Below are positions 1 through 8,125 of a stretch of 56,237 nucleotides of DNA, one piece after another. Location: the IMG/VR virus record IMGVR_UViG_3300032462_000007, positions 1-56,237 of that record, one strand, 5' to 3'. This DNA comes from a virus (lineage: Duplodnaviria; Caudoviricetes). The notes beneath the pieces were generated by a model. It saw only the letters and a program-made list of their open reading frames with translations. It was not told the DNA's origin and made no database searches. Each line of letters opens with the position of its first letter. The stretch's first letter is position 1. The position numbers were made by a program, and so were the translations under genes.

Positions 1-71
1 TTTTATTCTTGGGTTTTAATTATTTCTCTTGTAGGAATGATTTATTTACTTTCAACAAAATACACAGACTA

Positions 72-107
72 AAAATTCTTGAGGTGCTAGCAACGCCTCA
101 AGATTTT
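72..107 (+). terminator. Hairpin, probable intrinsic terminator, immediately before the first GC box
   Basis: AAAATTCTTGAGGTG / CGCCTCAAGATTTT imperfect inverted repeat. Confidence 0.55.
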
Positions 108-223
108 AGCCGCGCCCCCCAGCTTCCGATTCTTTTAAGATAGTTAAGAGATCCCTCTGGCTTTCCCTGAAAAATGTTAGACCACTGTGCTATGATGAAA
201 TCATAACCTACTAAGGAGTTAAA

Positions 224-301
224 ATGCCAGACTTTGATGATGTCAATCCCTTCTATGATAATAATGACTACGACCTAACAGACCCGAACGAGGGGGAATG
301 A
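224..301 (+). CDS. 25-aa acidic peptide MPDFDDVNPFYDNNDYDLTDPNEGE
   Basis: AAGGAG RBS, own promoter at 175-196, stop codon abuts the next GC box. Confidence 0.55.
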   Translation: MPDFDDVNPFYDNNDYDLTDPNEGE

Positions 302-457
302 GCCGCGCCCCGATCTCGTTACTAATCCGTTATAAGAAACACCCATTATTTCCCCTAAATTGTCAGACCCTTCTGATAAGATAATCTTATGTTGAAAGGA
401 ATTAAATTGAAATTATTACCTACTAAAAAGTCCCAACCGTATTTATCTAGAGGTGCT

Positions 458-655
458 ATGCAATTTCGTATCTATGAGATTGCTAAGATTGTAAATCTTG
501 ATTCAAAAGATGTAAGAAATTATTGTGAGTTAGTTGGCTTACCTTCAAAATCTGCTAGCAATAGTGTTTCTTATCTTGAGGGTTTAACTGTCATAGCAAG
601 GTTGAAAGAGTTAAAAAAAGATTTTGCACCTATTTATGTCAAGTCCCCCTTTTAA
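458..655 (+). CDS. Stand-alone IF2 N-terminal-domain-like protein (65 aa)
   Basis: RIYEIAKIVNLDSKDVRNYCELVGLPSKSASNSV resembles the IF2_N pattern RVYELAKELG..SKE...LG..VKS.SS.L; GAGG RBS before ATG 458 (track ORF starts at 389). Confidence 0.6.
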   Translation: MQFRIYEIAKIVNLDSKDVRNYCELVGLPSKSASNSVSYLEGLTVIARLKELKKDFAPIYVKSPF

Positions 656-713
656 AACTGTCAGACCTATCTGATAGAATAATCTTATACCTACAAAAGA
701 AAGTTAGCCAAGA

Positions 714-1436
714 ATGACTAAACTCAAACGCTCAAAAGACCGCAAGGTCGCCAACCTTGTAACGCCCAACGGCAAGCAGGCAAGTATCGCTAATTCCTTT
801 GGATTGCCCGCAGGTAAAGAATTCTCCTGCCCTAGTGCTACAAGCGTATGTGAAAAAATTTGCTATGCAGGGAAATTAGAAAAAGTCTTTCCAAGTGTTA
901 GAGAAACAATTACACACAATTGGGATTTGCTTAGAAATGCTAATCAAGATGAAATGTATTTATTGTTATCTGAAATGATTGCAGAATTTCTTGGTGATTG
1001 TGATAGGCGTAATGCTGAAAAGTTATTTCGTATTCATTGGGACGGTGACTTTTTTAACGAGGATTATACATTAGCGTGGAAAAGGGTTATTCTTGATTAC
1101 CCCGAAATTAAATTTTGGGTTTATACTCGGGTAGCAAACTCTGCACTAATTCTAAAAGACATTAGCAACTTATCGCTTTATTTTAGTACTGACTCTGAAA
1201 ATTCTGAAATAGGAAAGACTTTACTAAAAGATGAGGGCATAAAATTAGCCTACCTAGCAGAAACTTTTGCTATTGGAAAAGCACACCTAGCAGAAATTGT
1301 TAAAAAGACCGCTACCCGTTGCCCAGAAAATAATAAAGCCCTACCGCTTATTTCAACTAAGGGTAGTGCCTGTGCCGTATGTCGCTTATGTATTGACGGT
1401 AAAAATAGCGTTTTATTCTCGTCAAGTAAAAAATAA
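714..1436 (+). CDS. GP88-like Cys-rich phage protein (radical-SAM-related, probably Fe-S binding)
   Basis: SFGLPAG..CP....CEKICYA, RIHWDGDF, WVYTR and C-terminal CP...CAVCRLC motifs. Confidence 0.7.
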   Translation: MTKLKRSKDRKVANLVTPNGKQASIANSFGLPAGKEFSCPSATSVCEKICYAGKLEKVFPSVRETITHNWDLLRNANQDEMYLLLSEMIAEFLGDCDRRNAEKLFRIHWDGDFFNEDYTLAWKRVILDYPEIKFWVYTRVANSALILKDISNLSLYFSTDSENSEIGKTLLKDEGIKLAYLAETFAIGKAHLAEIVKKTATRCPENNKALPLISTKGSACAVCRLCIDGKNSVLFSSSKK

Positions 1437-1461
1437 TTAACTCACAACAAAAGGAAATTAA

Positions 1462-1608
1462 ATGGCTAACTTTGTTTTATTCATAATGGGATTTATTTTT
1501 ATAGGAATTCCAATTTTATTTATTGTAATGGGTGCAGGTGTCGCTATTCAAAATGTAAAGATTGAAGACGAATATTTAGATAGTGCAGGAATGATTGACG
1601 GAAAATAA
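1462..1608 (+). CDS. Small membrane protein (48 aa)
   Basis: AAGGA RBS; hydrophobic MANFVLFIMGFIFIGIPILFIVMGAGVAI. Confidence 0.6.
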   Translation: MANFVLFIMGFIFIGIPILFIVMGAGVAIQNVKIEDEYLDSAGMIDGK

Positions 1609-1616
1609 ATTAATAT

Positions 1617-1690
1617 CCCCAATTAGCTCAGCTGGATAGAGCAACAAACTTCTAATTTGTAGGCCGCTGGTTCGAATCCAGCATTGGGGG
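1617..1690 (+). tRNA. tRNA-Arg (anticodon TCT), no encoded CCA
   Basis: Acceptor CCCCAAT/ATTGGGG, anticodon arm ACAAA-CT-TCT-AA-TTTGT, T arm GCTGG-TTCGAAT-CCAGC. Confidence 0.92.
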
Positions 1691-1782
1691 CCGCGCCCCG
1701 TTACCAAATTGTTATTTAAGAAGGTTAAGAGATCACCCTGATTTCCCCTAAAATTGTCACACCTCTGTGGTAAGATAAATCT

Positions 1783-1917
1783 ATGATGAAATTTGTTGCC
1801 ACCCCTGAACAACTTCGAGCAAGGCTTGAGTTGCGTAGGAGTAATGCGTCAGCAAAACACATAAATAAAAAGAAATACACAAGAACTCAAAAACACAAAT
1901 ACCTACAAGGAGAATAA
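1783..1917 (+). CDS. Small basic protein (44 aa), leaderless
   Basis: MMKFVATPEQLRARLELRRSNASAKHINKKKYTRTQKHKYLQGE; ATG 6 nt after TAAGAT. Confidence 0.65.
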   Translation: MMKFVATPEQLRARLELRRSNASAKHINKKKYTRTQKHKYLQGE

Positions 1918-1918
1918 A

Positions 1919-2212
1919 ATGGGAATGATGAAAGCACTTGCTTATGGAGAATTAGACTTAACCCTTGAGACTCAACTGCAATTACACTTTGTTAGTAACT
2001 GCTACCCACCAGTACCACTACTAATGATTCCAGTTGCGGTGGACGCTATTTACGCATACAGCGATGAGGACTATTTCAGAATGGTTGAATTGCCTTCTGG
2101 TGTTGAATTTAGAAACGGTGAAAAAGAAGTTTCAGCCGCCCAGATCGTTGAGTCTCTTAGACTTGATGCTTTCGTAATGGGTGACGGCTATGACTATGAC
2201 GTTGAATTATAA
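1919..2212 (+). CDS. Hypothetical phage protein
   Basis: AAGGAG RBS, 97-aa ORF, LHF..NCYPPVP motif. Confidence 0.75.
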   Translation: MGMMKALAYGELDLTLETQLQLHFVSNCYPPVPLLMIPVAVDAIYAYSDEDYFRMVELPSGVEFRNGEKEVSAAQIVESLRLDAFVMGDGYDYDVEL

Positions 2213-2266
2213 AACTGTCACACCTCTATGCTAAGATAAAATCCTACCTACAAGAAATGAGAAAAA

Positions 2267-2506
2267 ATGTTTACATTAAATAACCCAATGAAAGTGATGA
2301 GTGATCATTATTCCGTCACCTCACAGCCTTGCCCTTATTGCAAGGATACCAAGACAGTAGCGATTAGTTCTAAAAAATTATTTGATTATAGAAATGGTGG
2401 AAACGTTCAAGATGTCTTAAGTAATTTTGATGCAAGTATTCGTGAAAGATTTATTTCAGGTGTTTGCAACCCTTGTTGGAATAATTTTTTTGCAGATGAG
2501 GATTAA
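2267..2506 (+). CDS. Small zinc-finger protein
   Basis: CPYC...RERFISGVCNPCW; own promoter at 2216. Confidence 0.7.
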   Translation: MFTLNNPMKVMSDHYSVTSQPCPYCKDTKTVAISSKKLFDYRNGGNVQDVLSNFDASIRERFISGVCNPCWNNFFADED

Positions 2507-2507
2507 A

Positions 2508-2780
2508 ATGCAAATAGAACTATTAGATATAAATTCAACTGGAAATTATTTAGTTGAAACTGCAAGTGGAACTGTCTACCTTTTAAATATGGACGAGAAG
2601 ACTGGTACACGATACCCTGATGAAGATGCAGGAGAACTTTGGGCTGACGGTGAGCCGTGGGTGTTTGACTATATATTTTGTGAGTTAAAAAATTCAATGA
2701 TGTTTGACATTCCAAAAGGTGAGGGTGAATACACTTGGCGTACATCTACTTATGTTACAAAGATAACACCTACAAGATAA
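2508..2780 (+). CDS. Hypothetical protein (likely start MQIELL)
   Basis: GAGG RBS before ATG 2508, 2 nt after the previous stop. Confidence 0.65.
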   Translation: MQIELLDINSTGNYLVETASGTVYLLNMDEKTGTRYPDEDAGELWADGEPWVFDYIFCELKNSMMFDIPKGEGEYTWRTSTYVTKITPTR

Positions 2781-2935
2781 GGGACGGAAGTAAACCCCCT
2801 CCAGATTCGGAAGCTGGCCGCGCCCCGTTACCAAATTGTCATTTAAGATAGTTAAGAAAAGCCCCTGAATAGTGCCAAAATTGTCAGACCCTTATGGTAT
2901 AGTAAAACTATAACCTGCTAAGAAATGAGATAATA

Positions 2936-3085
2936 ATGGAAACAAAGAAAAATCTAACAGATGTGCTAAGGGAATTTCACCCTGACGGTATGTTCAACGA
3001 ACAACAACTATGGGAAGCCATAGCAGAAGCAGACGGACACGAAAGAGACTACTACGAAGACGGAGATTTGGCGGAATGGCTATGA
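2936..3085 (+). CDS. Small acidic protein (49 aa)
   Basis: METKKNLTDVLREFHPDGMFNEQQLWEAIAEADG...; follows the promoter at 2882; ATGA overlap with the next gene. Confidence 0.65.
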   Translation: METKKNLTDVLREFHPDGMFNEQQLWEAIAEADGHERDYYEDGDLAEWL

Positions 3086-3309
3086 GAGTAGATGCTTTAA
3101 TAAAACAATTACAAGATAATTATAAAGATAGTGATGAATTAATTGTTACCTATTGGGATAAAGAATGGGTAGCGGCTTTTGTTAGAGATAAAGATTTAGT
3201 TGATGAAATTTATCAGTCGGTATTAGATGAATTTGAAGACTTTGAAACTACCTTTGGAAATCAGTTAATGAATTTTGTAGATGAGTTAGCAGGTAGATTT
3301 TATGAGTAA
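3082..3309 (+). CDS. Hypothetical acidic protein (starts MRVDAL)
   Basis: ATGA coupling to the upstream gene. Confidence 0.65.
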   Translation: MRVDALIKQLQDNYKDSDELIVTYWDKEWVAAFVRDKDLVDEIYQSVLDEFEDFETTFGNQLMNFVDELAGRFYE

Positions 3310-3439
3310 AGAGGGAGTTCACATAGAACTTAAAGAGGGAGACCTGTTTGCAGATGTAATAAATGAAGATTGGTTTGAAAATGCAAGCAATGAAGAAATG
3401 CAAAGAGTCTTAGATATTTTGATTGGGGCGGGCTACTAA
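3302..3439 (+). CDS. Small protein (45 aa)
   Basis: MSKEGVHIELKEGDLFADVINEDWFE...; overlaps the upstream stop and ends 2 nt before the GC box. Confidence 0.55.
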   Translation: MSKEGVHIELKEGDLFADVINEDWFENASNEEMQRVLDILIGAGY

Positions 3440-3473
3440 GAGCCGCGCCCCCCAGGAATAAAGCTTTTAAGAA

Positions 3474-3489
3474 TGTGACGTAGATCACC
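3474..3489. promoter_or_regulatory. CRP/GlxR-type site
   Basis: TGTGA-CGTAGA-TCACC, 9/10 match to TGTGA-N6-TCACA, upstream of a consensus promoter. Confidence 0.55.
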
Positions 3490-3509
3490 TTGAATATTGG
3501 CGAATGGAT

Positions 3510-3538
3510 TTGACATTTGCCCCAAAAAGTGCTAAGAT
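3510..3538 (+). promoter_or_regulatory. SigA-type promoter
   Basis: TTGACA-N17-TAAGAT with extended TG. Confidence 0.85.
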
Positions 3539-3586
3539 AGTACTATAAATAAGGGAATAATCCCAAGAAAAGAAAAGGAAGCAATT

Positions 3587-3742
3587 ATGGCAAAATCAAC
3601 TGCCCCGACTGTTGGCTCACAGTTCGTAACCACTAAGTCAAAGGTAAAGGGAGAAGTTATGGAAGTTATCAAAAACTCAAATGGCTCTTTCCGTATCCGC
3701 CTTGACGTAAATGGTCAAGACCGTTGGACTACTGCTAAGTAG
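3587..3742 (+). CDS. Small beta-rich basic protein (51 aa)
   Basis: AAGGA RBS; MAKSTAPTVGSQFVTTKSKVKGEVMEVIKNSNGSFRIRLDVNGQDRWTTAK. Confidence 0.75.
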   Translation: MAKSTAPTVGSQFVTTKSKVKGEVMEVIKNSNGSFRIRLDVNGQDRWTTAK

Positions 3743-3754
3743 TTAAACAGACAT

Positions 3755-3829
3755 AATCTGGTGTCTAAGCCGTGTTCCTTTATAGGGTGTGTTGGACGAA
3801 GCACAAACGGCTAGGAGTCCCACCAGATT
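3755..3829 (+). ncRNA. Candidate structured RNA (multi-stem, possible pseudoknot)
   Basis: AATCTGGTG/CACCAGATT closing stem, AGCCGT/ACGGCT inner stem, TGTGTT/AGCACA hairpin whose loop GGAC can pair with GTCC. Confidence 0.5.
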
Positions 3830-3886
3830 TTTGTCAGACCCTTATGATAGAATAAACTTAATAAACCTACTAACAAAGGAAATACA

Positions 3887-4366
3887 ATGGGATTAGACCA
3901 GTATCTAAAAGGTGAAATTTACATCTCACAAGACCGATACAAAGACGGGACTCATTCAGACAATCCTGAATACAAAATTATTTCATCATTATTTGGATTG
4001 AAAGATTTAGTAAGTAAAGATAGTCACGCTGGAATTGAAATTACATTTCCTGTCGGCTATTGGCGTAAGGCAAATCAAATTCATAATTGGTTTGTTCAAA
4101 ACATTCAAAACGGTAATGATAATTGTGGTAATTATTATGTGTCAAGAGAAAACTTAGAAACACTAAAAGGTTTATGTGTTGAAGTCTTATCTAAAAAAGA
4201 CTATGATACCGCTAAGGAACTATTGCCAAATGGTGAGGGTTTCTTCTTTGGGGGAACGGGCTTTGACGAATGGTATTTTGAAAGTGTTGAAAAGACTATC
4301 GAGATACTTTCAAGATGTTTAGAAATGCCTGCTGAAGTTAGTTTTGAATACCAATCAAGTTGGTAA
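3887..4366 (+). CDS. Conserved phage protein (MGLD...YWRKANQIH.WF family)
   Basis: MGLDQYL, YWRKANQIHNWF, GFFFG and YQSSW motifs. Confidence 0.8.
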   Translation: MGLDQYLKGEIYISQDRYKDGTHSDNPEYKIISSLFGLKDLVSKDSHAGIEITFPVGYWRKANQIHNWFVQNIQNGNDNCGNYYVSRENLETLKGLCVEVLSKKDYDTAKELLPNGEGFFFGGTGFDEWYFESVEKTIEILSRCLEMPAEVSFEYQSSW

Positions 4367-4376
4367 TAGCCCTTAA

Positions 4377-4404
4377 ACAATCTGAGTAAATTGTAAAACT
4401 GCTC
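4377..4404 (+). ncRNA. Compact pseudoknot motif, copy 1
   Basis: ACAAT-CTGAGTAA-ATTGT-AAAAC-TGCTC. Confidence 0.55.
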
Positions 4405-4410
4405 ACACTT

Positions 4411-4487
4411 GGTGTAGTGGTGCAATTGGTTAGCATATCTCCCTGTCGAGGAGAGGGTTGCGAGTTCGAGCCTCGCCTACACCGCCA
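4411..4487 (+). tRNA. tRNA-Asp (GTC) with encoded CCA
   Basis: GGTGTAG/CTACACC acceptor, TCTCC-CT-GTC-GA-GGAGA anticodon arm, GCCA end. Confidence 0.92.
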
Positions 4488-4604
4488 GCTTTTTGGCCGC
4501 GCCCCGTTACCCAACCGTTATTTAAGAAGGATCATAAATCCCCCTAAAATGTCAGACCTCTATGGTATGATGAAATCATAACCTACTAATGAAAGAAGTA
4601 TAAA

Positions 4605-5360
4605 ATGCCTAATTGGGTGTATAACTCTTTAGCCGTATCTGGTGATAAAGAAGAATTAACAAAATTAGTTAATAAGATGAATAAGCCTTATGAGGCTAAT
4701 CATTGGCAGTATAACAAAATGGGAGAGTATGTAGAAGAAACTACAATTTATTCAAATCCCGTTTTTTCTTTTAGAAACATTATCTGTCCAACAAATTTAG
4801 ACTCTTACAACACCAAGCCAGAATTTAATAAGCCAACAGGGAATGTTGTGGCAGATTTAATGGAGGGAATTAGAACTGGTGAAGATTGGTATAATTGGAA
4901 CTTACGCAACTGGGGAACTAAATGGGACGTTTCAGTTGCAGACGATTTCGAGTATTCAGATACGTCAATGGAACAGCAATCTGAAACTGATTTAATTTAT
5001 TATTTCAATACTGCTTGGAGTCCTGTTGATAGTGGTATGCTAATTCTATTATCAGAAGAATTTCCAACTCTTGAAATGGAATACCATTGGGAAGAAGAAC
5101 AAGGTTGGGGTGGCGAAGCCGACATTTCTGACGGTGGCTTTATAGTCACTAAAGAATGGGACATTCCAGAATCACACGCAGATAATTTAGCGGTTCGTGA
5201 TTATTGCCATAACTGTGAGAGTATGGAAATCTTAGACCTTAAGACAGCAACAGAGAAAGAATTAAAAGGGTCGTTAGAAGATATTTATTCTGACTGCCCA
5301 CCATTTGCCGAGTACAAAGAAGTACTTGACAAATTACAACTGCCTACAGAAAAAGGATAA
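4605..5360 (+). CDS. DUF1281/YubB ferredoxin-like domain protein
   Basis: MPNW..N, DWYNWN..NWGTKWD, FNTAWSP and EEEQGWGG motifs. Confidence 0.75.
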   Translation: MPNWVYNSLAVSGDKEELTKLVNKMNKPYEANHWQYNKMGEYVEETTIYSNPVFSFRNIICPTNLDSYNTKPEFNKPTGNVVADLMEGIRTGEDWYNWNLRNWGTKWDVSVADDFEYSDTSMEQQSETDLIYYFNTAWSPVDSGMLILLSEEFPTLEMEYHWEEEQGWGGEADISDGGFIVTKEWDIPESHADNLAVRDYCHNCESMEILDLKTATEKELKGSLEDIYSDCPPFAEYKEVLDKLQLPTEKG

Positions 5361-5365
5361 AAAAA

Positions 5366-5821
5366 ATGGAACTTTCAACAACAACAGTAGAACCAGAAAT
5401 TCTGGAGTATGTAGAAAATGCAAGTATTGTTTTAATAGATACGCCTTATGTTTATAGCACTACTAAGACAGAATTATTTACAGCAAACGAATTATCTTTT
5501 ATAGTCCGTGACCAAAAACGGGTAAATTTAGTTCTTGCTGGTCGTCATAAAGATACTGAATTACTCAAAGAATACCTCATAGAAAACTATGAGGAAATTG
5601 GGGAAGACCACGCTGTTGCTATTGCAGAAATAATGGAAATTGACTTAACAACAGAACACGAAGTAACTTTAAATCTCTCAATTACTGCAACCCTAACACT
5701 ACCAATGGGTAAGACACCAGATGACTATTCAACTTATGATTTTGATGTTGAATTATCTGCAAATGATTCTGAAATTGAAATTCAATACTTTGATTCAAAC
5801 ATAGATAGTATGGATTATTAA
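5366..5821 (+). CDS. Hypothetical acidic protein
   Basis: AAGGA RBS, 151-aa ORF. Confidence 0.75.
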   Translation: MELSTTTVEPEILEYVENASIVLIDTPYVYSTTKTELFTANELSFIVRDQKRVNLVLAGRHKDTELLKEYLIENYEEIGEDHAVAIAEIMEIDLTTEHEVTLNLSITATLTLPMGKTPDDYSTYDFDVELSANDSEIEIQYFDSNIDSMDY

Positions 5822-5844
5822 AGTGTCCTTTAGTAGGTAGAGGA

Positions 5845-5872
5845 GATTCCTGGGTATGAATTAAAACTGCCC
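5845..5872 (+). ncRNA. Compact pseudoknot motif, copy 2
   Basis: GATTC-CTGGGTAT-GAATT-AAAAC-TGCCC. Confidence 0.55.
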
Positions 5873-5966
5873 CCATAAAATTGATCCAGCTCTTTTGAGC
5901 CGCGCCCCCGTTACCCAATCGTTATTTAAGAAGATTGAGAAATCCCCCTAGATATATATAATAAAC

Positions 5967-5995
5967 TTGACAAACACCCCAAAATATGATAAGAT
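5967..5995 (+). promoter_or_regulatory. SigA-type promoter
   Basis: TTGACA-N17-TAAGAT with extended TG. Confidence 0.85.
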
Positions 5996-6034
5996 AAACT
6001 TATTAAACAATCTACCTTATAGGAGAAAATAAAA

Positions 6035-7024
6035 ATGGCTGATAACATAGAAATTATAAATGGTGTTGGGTCTTTCTATTCCCTGCGTGAACCTGCTTGG
6101 CATGGTTTGGGCACAGTAGTAAATGATGAACACACTACAAAAGAAGTTTTAGGAATTGCAAATCTATCTAATTGGAATGTTAGATTAGAGGACATTGTTC
6201 TACCTAAAAACTACACAACAAGCAAATCTAATTACATGGTTGTTCGTGACCACCCAGAAACTGGACAGCCAGACGTGCTATCCATTGTTGGTGACCGCTA
6301 CCAAACTTTGCAGAATGAAGAATTGTTTGCTTTTGCAGATAACTTACTTGACGGGGCTCGTTGGGAAACAGCAGGTTCATTAAAGAATGGACGAGTTGTA
6401 TTTGGCTCTCTTGCTCTTGAGCGTGAGACCGTACTTGACCCAACAGGTGTTGCAGATGTAGTAAATACTTACTTACTTGTAAATACCTCACACGATGGCT
6501 CGGTTGCAGTTCAGGCAAGCATTACACCTGTTCGTGTTGTATGTTCAAATACTCTTAATCTTGCTCTGCAAGGCGTTAAGCAGTCTTTCAAAATGCGACA
6601 CACCTCAACACTTGACGGACGTATTCTAATGGCTCGTGAGGCTCTGGGGCTTGCAAACACCTACATGGACGAGTTTGACAAAATGGCACAAGAACTTATT
6701 GAACAAGAAATCACTAAGTCTACTTTTGCTAAGATTGTTGCAACTGCTTACCCAATGCCTAATTTGGAAACAAAAGGTGCTATGACAAAATGGGAGAACA
6801 AAATTGAATTGCTTGATGAGATTTTTTCATCAGATACAAATGCAATGATTAACAATACCGCTTGGGGTGCTTTCAATACCCTGACAGAACGCCTTGACTG
6901 GTATCGTCCTGCACGAGGTGGGAACAACGAGGGTATCCTCGCAAGTGCAAGTGGCTTCGACCCTGTAATAAATGCAGAAAAGAATAGACTGCTAAGCATT
7001 GTGCGACAGGTTGCTTTTGCATAA
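6035..7024 (+). CDS. DUF932 family phage/plasmid protein (TIGR03299-like)
   Basis: PAWHGLG, Y..LQN, ETAGSL..G, NTSHDGS, TPVRVVCSNT, RHT and TAWGAFN motifs. Confidence 0.85.
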   Translation: MADNIEIINGVGSFYSLREPAWHGLGTVVNDEHTTKEVLGIANLSNWNVRLEDIVLPKNYTTSKSNYMVVRDHPETGQPDVLSIVGDRYQTLQNEELFAFADNLLDGARWETAGSLKNGRVVFGSLALERETVLDPTGVADVVNTYLLVNTSHDGSVAVQASITPVRVVCSNTLNLALQGVKQSFKMRHTSTLDGRILMAREALGLANTYMDEFDKMAQELIEQEITKSTFAKIVATAYPMPNLETKGAMTKWENKIELLDEIFSSDTNAMINNTAWGAFNTLTERLDWYRPARGGNNEGILASASGFDPVINAEKNRLLSIVRQVAFA

Positions 7025-7034
7025 ATAAAAATAT

Positions 7035-7138
7035 TCCACCTGAGCAAGTGGATACTAAAATAAACTACTCACTCCCCACTGACACGGGAGTCTAATCAAA
7101 AGGTGACTAAGCCCTGAGCATGGCAGTGGAAAAGGCTC
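7035..7138 (+). ncRNA. Cluster of three small RNA structures (pseudoknot copies 3 and 4 flanking a different hairpin)
   Basis: TCCAC-CTGAGCAA-GTGGA...AAAC-TACTC; ACTCCC-CACTGACAC-GGGAGT; GCC-CTGAGCAT-GGC...GCTC. Confidence 0.5.
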
Positions 7139-7324
7139 ACTTTTTGCACCGCGCCACTAATTATCTTATTAGTCATTTAAGAACAATTAAGAGCAGCTCT
7201 GGATTTCTCTGGATCAATCAATCTTATTAGATTAAAAATGTTTATTAAGTAATATGCCAAATGCCCTTGAAATTGTCAGACCCTTGTGGTAGGATACAAG
7301 TATCTACTAAGAAATGGAAAATAT

Positions 7325-7588
7325 ATGACATCTTTAACTACAAGATTTGAAGTTGTATTTGACGAGGACTTTATTATAAAGTCTATGTTGGAAACAGGAG
7401 AATATGGAATTGGTGGCTACCCGATTTCCGAGGAGGCAATGATTGAGTTTGTAAAAAATATATCATTTGGACTTGACCACGAAGCAAATTTTGAGGACGA
7501 GTACCCTGGGCAATCCAAGTCCCTGTCTATAACGAATGACAATGGAGATTGTTATTTCTATTGGGCAAAAGATCAGCAGGTAAACTGA
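7325..7588 (+). CDS. Hypothetical protein (likely start MTSLTT)
   Basis: Downstream of the promoter at 7274-7295; the track start 7286 lies inside that promoter. Confidence 0.6.
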   Translation: MTSLTTRFEVVFDEDFIIKSMLETGEYGIGGYPISEEAMIEFVKNISFGLDHEANFEDEYPGQSKSLSITNDNGDCYFYWAKDQQVN

Positions 7589-7840
7589 CAATGAATAAAG
7601 AATTAGACTATTTATTTAATTCAGATGAAGATGACACCGTTAGTTTTGATTGGGGAACTCAACCAATATTAGTTGTTGGCAAAACCAAGAAGCAAATCTG
7701 GAATGAAAAGAAAAACAAATTTGAATGGAAAGAGGTAAAGAAGTGATTACAGTAAAATATGGGAAATATAAATATATGTGTGACTATGGACATGGCAGTG
7801 ATAGAGATGAAGATAGTTTGATTAGATATTTCTGTGGCAA

Positions 7841-8125
7841 GTGTATACAACTAACAATGAACAAGAAGGGGAAGTAATGGAACTAGTAACAGCATCAACC
7901 TATGACTTAGTTGCAACCTATCAAATTGAAGCAGAAGCAACATACTCTATGATAGTAGATTTTGATGAACTTAATGAATATATTGCTGCTTATAAATTAA
8001 ATATAAATGGTGAGGTAGATAGAATTCAGATTTATGAACATTTCCTGGAAAAATACGGGTATGAAGAATGTTCAGACTCACAAGACCTACGCAGAACTAT
8101 TGAAGAAGTAGAGGTATACCGATAA
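7841..8125 (+). CDS. Hypothetical acidic protein
   Basis: ORF in a tightly packed + strand operon. Confidence 0.6.
   Translation: MYTTNNEQEGEVMELVTASTYDLVATYQIEAEATYSMIVDFDELNEYIAAYKLNINGEVDRIQIYEHFLEKYGYEECSDSQDLRRTIEEVEVYR

Noticed and set aside
617-644. dif site (TTATGTCAAGT resembles an actinobacterial XerD arm)
   Set aside because: No plausible XerC arm upstream, and it lies within a coding region.
1576-1812. Minus-strand 78-aa ORF
   Set aside because: It is the antisense shadow of tRNA-Arg and a regulatory module.
3010-3081. Arg-rich protamine-like N-terminus MGSHSRSRRTRKRLLRRRR
   Set aside because: It is an alternative-frame reading of the 2936-3085 gene; the real start is probably ATG 3082.
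4377-4404. Pseudoknot motif as a preQ1-I riboswitch
   Set aside because: The topology is similar, but the loop consensus differs, the copies sit at gene 3' ends rather than in leaders, and no queuosine genes are present.
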